From positions 1 to 62,085 of the forward strand of contig NW_013657604.1 of assembly GCF_000142905.1 (NCBI RefSeq): 62,085 nt of DNA, in the 5' to 3' direction. Shown here in pieces: positions 19,855-31,130 of this stretch. The position numbers and the translations under genes are program-made. Under the pieces are notes generated by a model. The model was not told the DNA's origin. It ran no database searches and was given only the letters and a program-made list of their open reading frames with translations. Positions within the stretch are counted from its first letter, which is position 1. Every line of letters starts with the position of its first letter. The DNA comes from Thecamonas trahens ATCC 50062. Taxonomy: Eukaryota > Protista > Apusomonadida.

Positions 19855-20931
19855 TCATCCGCCCGCGCCCTGAACCATCTGATGGCCTTTGCCGCCGATC
19901 TGGATCTCTCCGCGAATCCTGAGATCCCGCTGATCGATCACCCAAATTTTCGGCTCGTCGGCGCTGGAGACGTAGAGCTTGCCCGTCCCGCGAATGACGG
20001 CGAGGTGGTACGGGGCGGGAGCCGAGGAAACACTGCGCTGGGCGCCGGTAGCGAGATCGATGGCAACCACCTTGTCGCCACCAAGGACCGCGATGAAGAG
20101 CGCGCCGCCGTCATCGGACAGGTCGATCCCGTGGAGGGCCGTTTCGAGGCGAATCGTCTTCACAACCGTCTGGTCGCCGACCTCAACGACGGAGACCGTG
20201 CCGTCGTCGACGTTGTTGACGTAGAGAGTGACGCCATCTCTGGACAGAACGATGTGTTCGGGGCTGCCGCCGACAACGGTATTCGACCGGACGATCCACC
20301 GTGCCGTGTCGATCTCGCTGACCGTGTCGTTGCCGGCGTTGCTGACGTAAAGACGGTCACCGCCAGGAGCGAAGGCCGCGTAATTGGGCAGGGGCCCGGT
20401 GGCGACCGTCGCGACCACCTCATAGGAGCCGAGGTCGATGGCACTGATTGATCCGGCGTTGGGATGGGTGACGACGGCGAACCGGCCATCGTCACTGACC
20501 GCGACGTGATGGACGGCGCCGGGTACGTCGATGCGCCGGACCACGGACCCGTCGACCGTTCGAACAACCGAGACCGTGCTGACTTCCGCGACGGCGTTCC
20601 TGGCATCGGGGGAGGCGGCACCATGGTGCGCGGCATGCTCGTCTTCGGAAACGCCCGCCGGCTTCGCGACAGCTTCGCCGTCTGATGCGCGCGTCTCGAA
20701 GCTTCCGGCAATCAAGAACTGTCCGTCGGGCGTTCCGGCGAGCCCATGAACCGCCGCCGGACCAGTCAACGTATCGACGATTTCGTCCGTCGCGGCATCG
20801 ACAGCGACGATCTTGTTCTCCCCGCCGAGAGGCACATACACGAGCGGTTCAGCAAGAGCCGTCTGCGCTCCCAACGCCAAGGCCATCAGTCCTGTCCAGG
20901 CGGCGGCCCGGGAAAACGATATGACGTTCAT
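19855..20931 (-). CDS. Secreted YncE/YVTN beta-propeller protein with His-rich loop
   Basis: Signal peptide; repeated LYVSN/VSVID blades; EDEHAAHH. Confidence 0.8.
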   Translation of the reverse strand: MNVISFSRAAAWTGLMALALGAQTALAEPLVYVPLGGENKIVAVDAATDEIVDTLTGPAAVHGLAGTPDGQFLIAGSFETRASDGEAVAKPAGVSEDEHAAHHGAASPDARNAVAEVSTVSVVRTVDGSVVRRIDVPGAVHHVAVSDDGRFAVVTHPNAGSISAIDLGSYEVVATVATGPLPNYAAFAPGGDRLYVSNAGNDTVSEIDTARWIVRSNTVVGGSPEHIVLSRDGVTLYVNNVDDGTVSVVEVGDQTVVKTIRLETALHGIDLSDDGGALFIAVLGGDKVVAIDLATGAQRSVSSAPAPYHLAVIRGTGKLYVSSADEPKIWVIDQRDLRIRGEIQIGGKGHQMVQGAGG

Positions 20932-20982
20932 AGCTTGTGGTTCCTTTCCGTAAAGCGCATTGCCGCGCCGGGATGAGCCCTT

Positions 20983-23343
20983 CTAGATCTTCACCGAGCG
21001 CAGCCGGAGAGCGTTGCCGACTACCGATACGGACGACAGGCTCATCGCCGCGGCTGCGAATATCGGCGAGATCAAAATCCCGAAGAACGGGAACAGAACC
21101 CCTGCCGCCACCGGCACGCCTGCGGCGTTGTAGAACAGGGCGAAGAACAGGTTCTGCTTGATGTTGCGCATCGTCGCGCGCGAGAGCTTCCTGGCCCGGA
21201 CGATGCCGTTGAGATCACCCTTGACCAAGGTGAAACCCGCGCTCTCGATCGCCACGTCGGCGCCGGTGCCCATGGCGATGCCGACATCGGCCTGGGCCAG
21301 TGCAGGCGCGTCGTTGACGCCATCGCCTGCCATCACGACCTTTCGGCCTTCGTCTTGCAGATCCTTGATGATGCGCGCCTTGTCTTCGGGCAACACGTCG
21401 GCACGGATCTCGTCGATCCCGAGTTTTCCAGCCACCGCCTTCGCGGTACGCTCGTTGTCGCCAGTCGCCATGACGATGCGGAAGCCTTGTTCGTGCAGCG
21501 CCTTCAGCGCGTCCGGCGTCGTCTCCTTGACCGGATCGGCAACCGACACGAGACCGGCGATTTCGGACCCGACGATGACGAACATCACCGTTTCGCCTTC
21601 GTCACGTCGAGCATTGGCGGTCTCGGAGAGCTTGCCGCCGTCGAGCCCCAGATCGGCGAGCAGCTTTGCGTTGCCGAGCGCCACTGATTTGCCGTCGACG
21701 ACGCCTTTTACCCCTTTGCCGGTGACGGCTTCGAATTCATCCGCGTTAGCCAGCGCAACATCGCGTTCTTCGGCCCCGGTGACGATGGCTTCGGCGAGTG
21801 GGTGCTCCGAGCCCCGCTCCAGGCTTGCGGCCAAGCGCAGCACCTCGTCCTCCTCATGCCCGGGTTGCGGCAAGACCGCGACGAGCTTCGGCTTGCCGAC
21901 GGTCAGCGTCCCCGTCTTGTCGACGATCAGCGTGTCGACCTTGGCGAAGCGTTCCAGCGCCTCGGCGTTCTTGATGAGCACGCCGGCTTGCGCGCCTCGG
22001 CCCGTCGCCGTCATGATCGACATCGGCGTTGCCAGGCCCAGCGCGCACGGACAGGCGATGATCAAAACGGCGACTGCCGAGACCAGTCCGTATGAGAGGG
22101 CCGGGGCAGGCCCCCAAAGAGACCATGCGATGAACGAGAGAATTGCAATGACGATCACGGCCGGTACGAACTTGCCCGCCACAGAGTCGGCAAGTTTCTG
22201 GATCGGGGCACGGCTGCGCTGCGCGTTCGCGACCATCTCGACGATCTGGCTCAGCATGGTGTCGGAGCCGACGCGTTCGGCTTCGATCACGAGACTGCCC
22301 GTGCCGTTGATTGTGGCGCCGGTGACCTTGTCGCCCTCGACTTTCTCGACCGGAACCGGTTCGCCAGAGATCATCGATTCATCGATCGACGAACGTCCCT
22401 CGACCACCACGCCGTCGACGGGGACCTTATCGCCCGGGCGGACGCGCAGCCGATCGCCGACCTTGACGTCCTCGAGCGGGATTTCTTCCTCGCTCCCGTC
22501 CTTGCGGATCACCCGGGCGGTCTTGGCGGCCATATCCAAAAGGGCGCGAATCGCCGAGCCCGTTCGCTCGCGCGCGCCAAGCTCCATCACCTGGCCGAGC
22601 AGCACCAGCACGACGATCACGGCGCCGGCTTCGAAATAAACCCCGACATGGCCCTCCGCATCGCGAAATCCGTCCGGGAAAATCTCCGGCACGAGCACGG
22701 CGACGACACTGAAGAGATAGGCCGCGCCGACGCCCATCCCGATGAGCGTGAACATGTTGAGACTGCGGTTGATCACCGACTTGACGCCACGCACGAAGAA
22801 TGGCCAACCGGCCCAGAGAATGACCGGTGTCCCCAAAGCGAGTTCGATCCACAGCGTCGCACGCTCGCCGAAGATGTCGCGGACGAAACCGAGCCCAACA
22901 AAGGGGCCCATCGTCAGCACAAGAAGCGGAACCGTCAGCACGGCGCCGATCCAAAACCGGCGCTTGAAATCAACAAGCTCGGGATTCGGTCCGTCATCGG
23001 GGGCTGGAACCCCCATAGGCTCCAGCGCCATGCCGCAGATCGGACATTCTCCCGGTTCGTCCCGCACGATCTCGGGATGCATCGGGCAGGTATATTTCGT
23101 GCCCTTAGGCGCTGTTTCGGCCTTGTGCTCGCCGGCGAGATAATGCTCCGGGTCGGCCGCGAACTTGTCGTGGCACTTTTGAGAACAAAAGTGATAGGTC
23201 TCACCCTCGTACTCTTGGCTCGGCTTGTCCTGATCCAACTGCACCGTCATTCCGCAAACCGGATCTCTGGCCGTCATAGCCTTGACGGAACCTGTTGTAC
23301 CGTCAGAGCGATGGCTGTGATCGTGATCATCGTGCTTATTCAT
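20983..23343 (-). CDS. copA: Cu(I)/Ag(I) P1B-1 ATPase with His-rich N-terminus, YHS and heavy-metal-binding domains
   Basis: DPVCGM, YTCPMHP..CPICGM, CPC, DKTGT, HP, GDGVND, YN, MSLSS. Confidence 0.95.
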   Translation of the reverse strand: MNKHDDHDHSHRSDGTTGSVKAMTARDPVCGMTVQLDQDKPSQEYEGETYHFCSQKCHDKFAADPEHYLAGEHKAETAPKGTKYTCPMHPEIVRDEPGECPICGMALEPMGVPAPDDGPNPELVDFKRRFWIGAVLTVPLLVLTMGPFVGLGFVRDIFGERATLWIELALGTPVILWAGWPFFVRGVKSVINRSLNMFTLIGMGVGAAYLFSVVAVLVPEIFPDGFRDAEGHVGVYFEAGAVIVVLVLLGQVMELGARERTGSAIRALLDMAAKTARVIRKDGSEEEIPLEDVKVGDRLRVRPGDKVPVDGVVVEGRSSIDESMISGEPVPVEKVEGDKVTGATINGTGSLVIEAERVGSDTMLSQIVEMVANAQRSRAPIQKLADSVAGKFVPAVIVIAILSFIAWSLWGPAPALSYGLVSAVAVLIIACPCALGLATPMSIMTATGRGAQAGVLIKNAEALERFAKVDTLIVDKTGTLTVGKPKLVAVLPQPGHEEDEVLRLAASLERGSEHPLAEAIVTGAEERDVALANADEFEAVTGKGVKGVVDGKSVALGNAKLLADLGLDGGKLSETANARRDEGETVMFVIVGSEIAGLVSVADPVKETTPDALKALHEQGFRIVMATGDNERTAKAVAGKLGIDEIRADVLPEDKARIIKDLQDEGRKVVMAGDGVNDAPALAQADVGIAMGTGADVAIESAGFTLVKGDLNGIVRARKLSRATMRNIKQNLFFALFYNAAGVPVAAGVLFPFFGILISPIFAAAAMSLSSVSVVGNALRLRSVKI

Positions 23344-23422
23344 TGGCTTGTTCCGGCTTTCCGGTTCGATTGACGATGGATGTGCGGTCTTCCGCGGCTC
23401 TGGCTTTTGTTGGAAGACGGTT

Positions 23423-23758
23423 TCAGTCGGAGAGCAGACGCTTTCGTTCTTCGAACTCTTCCTTGTCGATCTCGCCGCGGGCAAAGCGTTCGTGAAGGAT
23501 GTCGAGGGGCCCGTTCGTTCGTGATTGCGATCGGGTTACCCGTCCTGAATCGCCACCCAGCCAGCGGACCGCGAGCACGATCGCGAGGATGATCCCGCCC
23601 CAGAAGACAATCATCATGACGGAGCCAAAAATCATGTGTCCCCAGCCCCAGCCATAGTGCCAATAGTCGGATCGATCGGCCGAGGTTTGCGCAAGTGCCG
23701 GCATCGAGACCACCGCGGTGGGCAGCGCCAGGGCCAAATTCGTCAATCGTCTTCTCAT
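23423..23758 (-). CDS. SHOCT-domain membrane protein
   Basis: [23 protein letters not shown]. Confidence 0.85.
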   Translation of the reverse strand: MRRRLTNLALALPTAVVSMPALAQTSADRSDYWHYGWGWGHMIFGSVMMIVFWGGIILAIVLAVRWLGGDSGRVTRSQSRTNGPLDILHERFARGEIDKEEFEERKRLLSD

Positions 23759-23890
23759 TTGACGCTCCTTTCGTGGTACATGGCCTGTCCAATCATCTCT
23801 TCGATGTGAAATGCGACTTCGGCGTACAAACCGTCACCGCTGTCGGTATTCGCGGAAACGTTCGCAGGATCTCTGTTCTCACATCTATAA

Positions 23891-23917
23891 GGACGACGAG
23901 AGACGCTCAGCGTTACA
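23891..23917 (-). promoter_or_regulatory. ECF-type promoter upstream of SHOCT-copA operon
   Basis: TGTAAC-N16-CGTCC. Confidence 0.65.
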
Positions 23918-24206
23918 GTGACGGGGATTCACAGGCAGTGGCCGCCGGGCGGGCGGACTGAGGCGGCAGAGATCGTCTGAAGCCCTTTGGGAGCCTCGCC
24001 TGCCGTGCCTGAACAGGCGTAGAGCGAAGGCGGAACAGCGGCACTCGGCCCGAAATCGGCTGCCGATCTTCCATAGATCGGTCGTTCGAAACCCTACAAA
24101 ATTGCGTCCCGGATACTCGTAAAGGTCCTCTGCAAGGGACGCATCGCTCACGCTTTTACGACGATCCGTTCTTCGTCTGACGTCACAGGTCTGCGGCTAC
24201 GTATCC

Positions 24207-24413
24207 TTACCGGCCGATGGCTGCGAGAAATAGGCCAGTGGAGGAGGAGTATCGTTCCGGCGCTGTAAGAAAGAGCTTGTGACAGCCCTCCGAGCAGAAA
24301 AAATACGCCCAGCCCTCACGCTCCTCGTGAGCGACGGCCTTTTCGGGCGTCAGGCGCATGCCGCATACCGGGTCGGTGACCACTACGTCTTTTTCGGGTT
24401 CGAAGCCGGCCAT
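24207..24413 (-). CDS. YHS domain protein
   Basis: DPVCGM, YFFCSEGC..F..APERY; coupled to fabI. Confidence 0.85.
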   Translation of the reverse strand: MAGFEPEKDVVVTDPVCGMRLTPEKAVAHEEREGWAYFFCSEGCHKLFLTAPERYSSSTGLFLAAIGR

Positions 24414-25195
24414 CAGTGAAACACCATCCCTTCGATGTGAAAGCCCGCGTCGACGTAGAGCGTTTCCCCGGTGATGGCGCTCGTATAATCGCTCGCCAGC
24501 ATAAGCGCCGTACGTCCCACCTCGCAGGCGTCCACCGTGCGCCGCAGCGGTGCCTTGCGGACGGTCTCATTCAATAGTTCGTCGAAATGCTCGATGCCCG
24601 AGGCGGCGCGTGTCGCGACCGCCCCGGCCGAAATCGCGTTCACCCGGATCGCCTTGCCACCGTGTTCATGGGCCAGGTAGCGTACAGACGCTTCAAGGGC
24701 GGCTTTGACTGGCCCCATGACATTGTAATGATCGACCACTTTTTCTGCGCCGTAGTAGCTGAGCGTCGTCAAGCTGCCACCTTTGTCCATGAGCGGCTCG
24801 GCGAGCTTCGCCATACGGATGAAGGAGTGGCACGAGATAAGCATCGATTCAGCGAAGCCTTCTCCCGAACAATCGGTCAACCGGCCATGGAGATCTTCCT
24901 TACGGGCCCACCCGATCGCATGAAACAGAAAATCCAATCGGCCCCATTTCTGCTCGATCTCCCCGAAGACGGCCTCCAATTGTCCCGGCTCGGCGACATT
25001 GCAGGGCAGGAAAAGTTGCGCGTCCACCTGTTGCGAAAGCGGCTCAACAAAGGGCTTGGCCTTGTCGTTCAGATAGGTGATGGCAAGATCGGCGCCGGCG
25101 TTCCGAAAATGCTGGGCCGCCGACCAGGCCAAACTGTGTTCGTTGGCAATTCCCACCACCAACCCCTTCCGGCCTTTCATATCGATGAGTTCCAT
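24413..25195 (-). CDS. fabI: Enoyl-ACP reductase
   Basis: GIANEHSLAW, YYGAEKV..YNVMGPVKAALE. Confidence 0.92.
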   Translation of the reverse strand: MELIDMKGRKGLVVGIANEHSLAWSAAQHFRNAGADLAITYLNDKAKPFVEPLSQQVDAQLFLPCNVAEPGQLEAVFGEIEQKWGRLDFLFHAIGWARKEDLHGRLTDCSGEGFAESMLISCHSFIRMAKLAEPLMDKGGSLTTLSYYGAEKVVDHYNVMGPVKAALEASVRYLAHEHGGKAIRVNAISAGAVATRAASGIEHFDELLNETVRKAPLRRTVDACEVGRTALMLASDYTSAITGETLYVDAGFHIEGMVFH

Positions 25196-25307
25196 TTTTT
25201 GCGCTTGCTCCTTTCTCCGGCCAGGCGGGCCAGGCGCGATCCGTCTCGCCGCGCACGATATTATTCGGGACCAGACATAGCTGCGGACGACAGGGTCACA
25301 GCCTGGG

Positions 25308-27026
25308 TCAGGGCATCAGCACATAGGTGCCGGGCGCTTCGCCCAGCCGCCGATAGCCCTTGCGCGCCGCCCCCAGGCCAGGGGGCTTAACGGGTTCACC
25401 CGAATGGTTGCTAAGCCACCCTAGCCAACAGGGCCACCATGAACCCTCATGGTGGGTGGCCCGCGCCTGCCAGGTGTCAGGGTCCAGGTAGGCCGCGAGA
25501 TCATCGTGGGTGGCGATCTGGTGACGACGCCGGGTGTTGCCAGGTGGGCTCACAATGCCGGCATTGTGGCCGCCATTGGATAGTACGAAGGTAACATCAG
25601 CATTGGTTTGGCTGTGGATCTTGTAAACCGACCGCCACGGCGCGACATGGTCCGAGAGCGTGCTGACCGCAAAAATCGGAATGCGGATGTCATGCAACGA
25701 CACCGGGCGACCGTCGACGCAATAGCGTTCGTCCGCCAGATCATTATCGAGGAACAGCTGCCGGAGATATTCGGAGTGCATCCTGGCAGGCATGCGCGTG
25801 GCGTCAGCATTCCACGCCATCAGGTCGAACATCGGTCGGCGCTGTCCCATGAGATAATTCTGAACCATGGCCGACCAGATGAGGTCGTTGGAGCGAAGCA
25901 GCTGGAACGTGCCGGCCATCTGCTTGGTATCGAGACAGCCCTGCTCGGCCATGATGTCCTCAAGAAAGCTGACCTGGGCCGCGTCAATGAACAGCATCAA
26001 TTCGCCGGCTTCCGTGAAGTCCGTCTGCGCGGCGAAGAGGGTCATGGTTGCCAGCCGGTCGTCGCCATCGCGGACCATGGCCGCCGCAGCAATCGATAAG
26101 AGCGTTCCACCGAGGCAGTAGCCGACGCCGTGGACGCGGCTTTCCGGCGCGATAGCTGACACCGCGTCGAGCGCGGCCATGACGCCCAGCCGGCGATAGT
26201 CCTCCATACCAAGGTCGCGATCTTCGACCGTCGGATTTTTCCAGGAGATCATGAAGACCGTGTGACCCTTCTCGACCAAGTATTTCACCAGCGAGTTCTC
26301 GGGGCTAAGGTCGAGGATATAGTATTTCATGATCCAGGCAGGCACGATCAGGATAGGCTCGGGATGAACCTTATCCGTCGCCGGCATGTATTGGATCAGT
26401 TCGATCAATTCGTTACGGAAAATCACTTGGCCCGGTGTAACCGCCAGGTTGTCGCCGACCGCAAACCGTTCCGTGCCGGCAGGTGGCCCCCCACGGACCG
26501 CGCGTTGCCAGTCCTCGAAGAAGTTCACCGCGCCGCGTACCAGATTTTGGCCCCCGGTATCGAGGGTCTCCTTCAGGACCTCGGGGTTGCTCGACGGAAA
26601 ATTCGCAGGCGACATCATATCGAGCAACTGCCGGGCAACGAAGGAAACGACCTCTTCATGGTGCCTGGAGACGCCGGAGATGCCGGTTGTGGCGTTGTGC
26701 CACCATTGCTGGGTCAGGAGAAAACCCTGATAGATCGCGTTATATGGCCATGCCTGCCACGGATCACCGGCAAAGCGTTTGTCCTGCGGCAGGGGCTCGA
26801 TGCAGGCCTCGCAATGAGGATCCGAGCAAGCCCGTGAACAGTATTCCAGATAGCGCGCCCATTTGCGGGCGGCCTTCCGAACTAGTTCTATTTGCTTGTC
26901 GGGCGACATGACGAGATGCTGCGCCCAGTCCGTATACGCTTGAGCAAGCGCCACGGGCGACACACCGGCGGTGATCTGCCCGAGTGTCGCGTGGAGAGGT
27001 TGATCCAGGGATAAACCCCTTCCCAT
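25308..27026 (-). CDS. phaC: Class I PHA synthase; possible 5' frameshift from ATG 27093
   Basis: PAWIMKYYILDL, GYCLGG, WNAD, DHVAPW, GGHNAG, GSWW. Confidence 0.92.
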   Translation of the reverse strand: MGRGLSLDQPLHATLGQITAGVSPVALAQAYTDWAQHLVMSPDKQIELVRKAARKWARYLEYCSRACSDPHCEACIEPLPQDKRFAGDPWQAWPYNAIYQGFLLTQQWWHNATTGISGVSRHHEEVVSFVARQLLDMMSPANFPSSNPEVLKETLDTGGQNLVRGAVNFFEDWQRAVRGGPPAGTERFAVGDNLAVTPGQVIFRNELIELIQYMPATDKVHPEPILIVPAWIMKYYILDLSPENSLVKYLVEKGHTVFMISWKNPTVEDRDLGMEDYRRLGVMAALDAVSAIAPESRVHGVGYCLGGTLLSIAAAAMVRDGDDRLATMTLFAAQTDFTEAGELMLFIDAAQVSFLEDIMAEQGCLDTKQMAGTFQLLRSNDLIWSAMVQNYLMGQRRPMFDLMAWNADATRMPARMHSEYLRQLFLDNDLADERYCVDGRPVSLHDIRIPIFAVSTLSDHVAPWRSVYKIHSQTNADVTFVLSNGGHNAGIVSPPGNTRRRHQIATHDDLAAYLDPDTWQARATHHEGSWWPCWLGWLSNHSGEPVKPPGLGAARKGYRRLGEAPGTYVLMP

Positions 27027-27096
27027 CGGTTCGTTGCGAGGCGTTGCCAGCGCGGTTTGCTCCGTTCGTATTTTCGTTGGATGGTGCCCCCATGGT

Positions 27097-28119
27097 TCAC
27101 GCTCCCATCGGACAGCACGCGGCTTCAGGTTGAGCCGCGCAATGAATGGCCGATTCCGATTCTCCTTGTTGCAACTGCTGCGACCGAGGCAGCGCAGGTT
27201 GATGCATCAGGACGGCGAGCGCCAGCGCCGCCAACCGGGCGGCCGGCGGATCGGCGCGGGAGCTGAGCACCACCGGCGCGGCGAGGCCCATGACGACGCC
27301 CGCCGCCGTGGCGCCGGCCAGATATTCGAGATTCTTGGCCAAGATGTTGCCGGAAACGAGATCGGGGACCAGCAGGATATCGACATCTCCGGCGACCTCC
27401 GAGACGATGCCTTTCTCGCGGGCTGCGTCGGCTGAGATGGCGTTGTCAAAAGCCATCGGGCCATCGACGATCGCACCTGCAATCTGGCCCCGTTTGGCCA
27501 TCAAAGCGAGACAGGCCGCGTCGAGGGTCGATGCAATGGCCGGATTGACCGTCTCGACCGCCGACAACACAGCTGCCTTCGGTGCTTCTATGCCAAGGAG
27601 CGTGAAAAGTGCGATGGCGTTCTCAAGAATCTGCGCTTTCGCGTTGAGGTCCGGCATGATGTTGATGGCCGCGTCCGTGATCGCGAGGAGCTTCGGATAG
27701 GCTGGAATGTCGACCATGAAGACGTGGCTGACGCGGCGACCTGGGAGTCTGAGGCCCTGGTCCGTGTCTAGCAGGGCCCGCATGAAGGCATCGGTGTGAA
27801 TGTGACCTTTCATGACCGCGTCGGCATCGCCGTTTCGGACGAGATCGACACCGGCGCGGGCTGTCTCGGCGTCGCTCTTTGCGGATACGATCGCAGCCCG
27901 GTCGATCTCCACATTGGAGGAGGCTGCGCAGGCCAGAATCGCGTCGGGATCGCCGACGAGCCGGGGCTCGATCAGGCCAAGCGCCACGGCTTCCTGAACC
28001 GTTTCGAGGACAAGGCCTTGATCGGCGGCGACCACGGCGACGCGGATCGGCGTCCGCTCCTTCGCGCGTGCGACGAGATCTTCGAGAGTGGCGGGATGAT
28101 CAACCATGGGCTCGCACAT
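27097..28119 (-). CDS. Phosphate acetyl/butyryltransferase
   Basis: MKGHIHTD, ITDAAINI.P, DGPMAFDNA, SRAD. Confidence 0.9.
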   Translation of the reverse strand: MCEPMVDHPATLEDLVARAKERTPIRVAVVAADQGLVLETVQEAVALGLIEPRLVGDPDAILACAASSNVEIDRAAIVSAKSDAETARAGVDLVRNGDADAVMKGHIHTDAFMRALLDTDQGLRLPGRRVSHVFMVDIPAYPKLLAITDAAINIMPDLNAKAQILENAIALFTLLGIEAPKAAVLSAVETVNPAIASTLDAACLALMAKRGQIAGAIVDGPMAFDNAISADAAREKGIVSEVAGDVDILLVPDLVSGNILAKNLEYLAGATAAGVVMGLAAPVVLSSRADPPAARLAALALAVLMHQPALPRSQQLQQGESESAIHCAAQPEAACCPMGA

Positions 28120-29338
28120 TCTCCTTTCCGGATGCCCTCAGAATGTTTTGAGTATGGCGCGCGATGGCCAACTCCTCGTCAGTCTTGAAGGCTTCGATGA
28201 GCACACCGCTGTCGTCGGTCGAGACAACGCGTTGTTGACCGGCGTTCCGCTCCGCATCAAGCGTGAGACCGAGATAATCGAGCCCCTCGCAGATGCTGGC
28301 GCGGATTTCGGGCGAGTTAGCGCCAATACCGCCGGTGAAAATCAACCGATCGAGACCGCCGAGCGCGGCCGTCAGGCCAGCCAGGTGCCGGCGTGCATGG
28401 TGGCTGAAGAAGTCGATCGCCTCCGCCGCCTCTGGAACGTCCCGCCGGGCCAGGAGATCGGCCATGTTGCGGCTCAAGCCGGACAGACCGAGCAGGCCCG
28501 ATTCGGTGTAGAGCACCTGTTGAAGGGCGTCGGGAGTCATTTGCTTTTCGATCAGGAGATGCAGGAGAACGCCGGGATCGAGATCGCCGGGACGCGTCCC
28601 CATGGGAAGGCCGGCAAGTGTACTGAAGCCCATGGTGGTCTCGACGCTGTGTCCGTTCCTGATCGCCGCCATCGACGCGCCGTTGCCGAGATGGGCAACA
28701 ATGATTCGTTCCTCCGCAGCTGCGTCGCCGTCACGCCGGCGTACCTCGCCGATGACATACTCATAAGACAGGCCGTGAAAACCGTAGCGCCGGATACCCT
28801 CTTGCTCGAAACGGCGCGGCAAGCCGGTCAAGCGCGCCACACGTGACAAGCCATGGTGAAACGCGGTGTCGAAGCAGGCGACCTGCGGGAGATCGGGCCG
28901 TTGTCGTCGGACCGCCGTGATGCCGGCCAGGTTATGGGGCAGATGGAGGGGCGCGAGCGGGACCAGTTGCTTCAGCCGGACCTCAAGCGCGGGCGTGACC
29001 ACAAGCGAACAATCACAGCCCTCTCCGCCATGTACCAACCGGTGGCCAACGGCAACGGGTGTCGCTTGCGTGTCGCGATCCTCGGCCCAGTTCAGAAGCA
29101 GGTCGAGGGCCGCGTCATGGTCGGGAATTGCCCGCATTTCATCGACCAGTGCCGTCCCGTCCGCTGCCCTCACAAGGAAACGTCCTTCGTCGAAGCCAAT
29201 GCGTTCCAGAGAACCCGACCAGGTTCGCTGGGGCTCGGCGGGAGCCGCGTCGAACAGCGCGAACTTGACGCTGGAGGATCCACTATTGATGACCAGGATC
29301 GCGCCATCAACGGCCATCGTTCTTCGCCTCGCCTTCAT
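28100..29338 (-). CDS. ackA: Acetate/propionate kinase
   Basis: INSGSSSVK, HRLVHGG, FDTAFH, YGFHGLS, HLGNGAS, TDEE. Confidence 0.93.
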   Translation of the reverse strand: MKARRRTMAVDGAILVINSGSSSVKFALFDAAPAEPQRTWSGSLERIGFDEGRFLVRAADGTALVDEMRAIPDHDAALDLLLNWAEDRDTQATPVAVGHRLVHGGEGCDCSLVVTPALEVRLKQLVPLAPLHLPHNLAGITAVRRQRPDLPQVACFDTAFHHGLSRVARLTGLPRRFEQEGIRRYGFHGLSYEYVIGEVRRRDGDAAAEERIIVAHLGNGASMAAIRNGHSVETTMGFSTLAGLPMGTRPGDLDPGVLLHLLIEKQMTPDALQQVLYTESGLLGLSGLSRNMADLLARRDVPEAAEAIDFFSHHARRHLAGLTAALGGLDRLIFTGGIGANSPEIRASICEGLDYLGLTLDAERNAGQQRVVSTDDSGVLIEAFKTDEELAIARHTQNILRASGKENVRAHG

Positions 29339-31130
29339 TCCCTACTGTTCCCGCCGCGGATGTCTCCTGGCCGTAAAGCTGCCCGAACGCCTGTTCGTAG
29401 CCGGCGTCGCGCCACTCGCGGACCTGCTCGATCGCCCCGGAAAATTCGGCGAAAAGCTCCCGTTCCCTTTCCAGCAAAGGATGATCCTCGGGCAGCGGTT
29501 TCCGCGTCTTGGCAATACCATCTGCCAGAGCCGCGACACCGCGCATCCATGGGTTGAACGACTCGGAAAACAAGTAACGGCTCGTTCGCATCGGATGCAG
29601 CCACTTCAACGACTCCGCGGTCCATGGATTGCTCGCCATCTGAACCCACGGACTGACGAAGCTCCGGTAGAACGCCTCGCCCGCCTCGGAAACAGCCCGC
29701 ACTTGTTCGAATGCCTGGCTTTGCTCCGGAAACTTCAGATCCTCGACCCGCCGCTCGTCAAACCGCACGGTGAATTGCGGCTTGTGGCAGTCGGGGTCGC
29801 CGCTCGGGTTGTCGATCTTCATCTCGTAGAGGCCCGGAGCGAGGGCTTCGATCTCATCGAGGTTTTCGAGAATGGCGCGATGTTCAAGGCGGGCGACCTT
29901 GGCCGACACGAAGATGCCGAGATGGCCCACATGCGGATTGGTCAGATAGACGATCCGTTGACCCGCCTTCTTCAGATCGGCCGTATCCTCATATACGGTC
30001 GGAATCCAGCCCAGAGCCTGATGCGGCGGCGTGATGTTGTCTCCGTAGGAGGCAAAGATGACCAACGGATTGCGGATGCGGCGCAAATCGGCGATGCAGC
30101 CGTCGCAGATGCGCATGATGCCCTGTTCCAGCTTGTTGCCGATGAACAGGTTTTCGACGATCGCCAGTATTTCTTCGCGGCTGAGGAAATAGAACCCGTT
30201 CCACCAGCGCTCGAACTCGAGGAAGCGCTCGCTCTCGGTATCGACCTTGTGGAACAGACCGGCGTATTTCTCCCAAATAGCCTTTTCCGGCTTCAGGTTC
30301 TCGAAATTCAGGGCCAGCCACGCGCCATCGAAGCGGCCGTTGCCGAGATCGGCCGTCAAATGCGTGAGCCAGGCGCCGCCGAGCAGTCCTCCGGTCACCC
30401 GCATCGGATTGACGCCGGCCTCGCCTGACCAATAGGACAGCGGCGAGCCGTTCAGCACAGCAGGGCCGACCAGACCCTCACAGTCGGCCGAGAGCAGAGT
30501 CATCGCCCAACCGGCCTGACAGTTGCCGTAAAGGACAGGCGGCGTGCCGGAATGGCGTCCGGCGACCTCCTCCACGAAGCGCCTGAGTGCATGTAACACG
30601 TCGGCCAGTGTCTGGCCGGGCGATGGCTCCGGGAAAAAGATCACGAAATATGTTGGATGCCCCTCGTGGAGCGCCATGCCGACTTCGGAATCGTGCTTGA
30701 ACCCGCCGATCCCCGGCCCGTGCCCGGCGCGCGGATCGACCACGATGACCGGCGGCTTGTCGGGATCGACGCAGTCGTCCCAGCAGTCATCGCCGACTTC
30801 CGTAATCCGCAGGAGCGCATAGTTCGCGGGAGGCTCGAAGCGCCGTGCGTCGAGGATCGTCTCGTATTTGAAGTCGAGCAACGGCGGCAAACCGGCGCGT
30901 TCATGCTCGAGCATATTGTCGGCGCGTTGTCTGAGCGTGTCCCAGAAAAGGATCGTCCGCTGCCAGAGGTCGACCTGGTAGTCGACGAGATCCTGGCCCG
31001 GCAGTCGAGCGTCCGAAGCATCCTCCACACGCTTCTGACGCCGGGCATCCGCCTGGCTTACCAGTTTAAGTGCGGGTGCCCGTTTGTCGCCGGCATCGGT
31101 CGTGGCTTTTTGCCTCTTTGCCGTCGTCAT
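29307..31130 (-). CDS. DUF3141 family alpha/beta hydrolase (PhaC-related)
   Basis: DPRAGHGPGIGGFK, GNCQAG, GDNITPP, GHLGIF. Confidence 0.88.
   Translation of the reverse strand: MTTAKRQKATTDAGDKRAPALKLVSQADARRQKRVEDASDARLPGQDLVDYQVDLWQRTILFWDTLRQRADNMLEHERAGLPPLLDFKYETILDARRFEPPANYALLRITEVGDDCWDDCVDPDKPPVIVVDPRAGHGPGIGGFKHDSEVGMALHEGHPTYFVIFFPEPSPGQTLADVLHALRRFVEEVAGRHSGTPPVLYGNCQAGWAMTLLSADCEGLVGPAVLNGSPLSYWSGEAGVNPMRVTGGLLGGAWLTHLTADLGNGRFDGAWLALNFENLKPEKAIWEKYAGLFHKVDTESERFLEFERWWNGFYFLSREEILAIVENLFIGNKLEQGIMRICDGCIADLRRIRNPLVIFASYGDNITPPHQALGWIPTVYEDTADLKKAGQRIVYLTNPHVGHLGIFVSAKVARLEHRAILENLDEIEALAPGLYEMKIDNPSGDPDCHKPQFTVRFDERRVEDLKFPEQSQAFEQVRAVSEAGEAFYRSFVSPWVQMASNPWTAESLKWLHPMRTSRYLFSESFNPWMRGVAALADGIAKTRKPLPEDHPLLERERELFAEFSGAIEQVREWRDAGYEQAFGQLYGQETSAAGTVGNEGEAKNDGR

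Noticed and set aside
21158-22639. Long antisense or alternate-frame ORFs over copA, ackA/DUF3141, phaA and others
   Set aside because: Shadow ORFs typical of GC-rich coding DNA; no motifs
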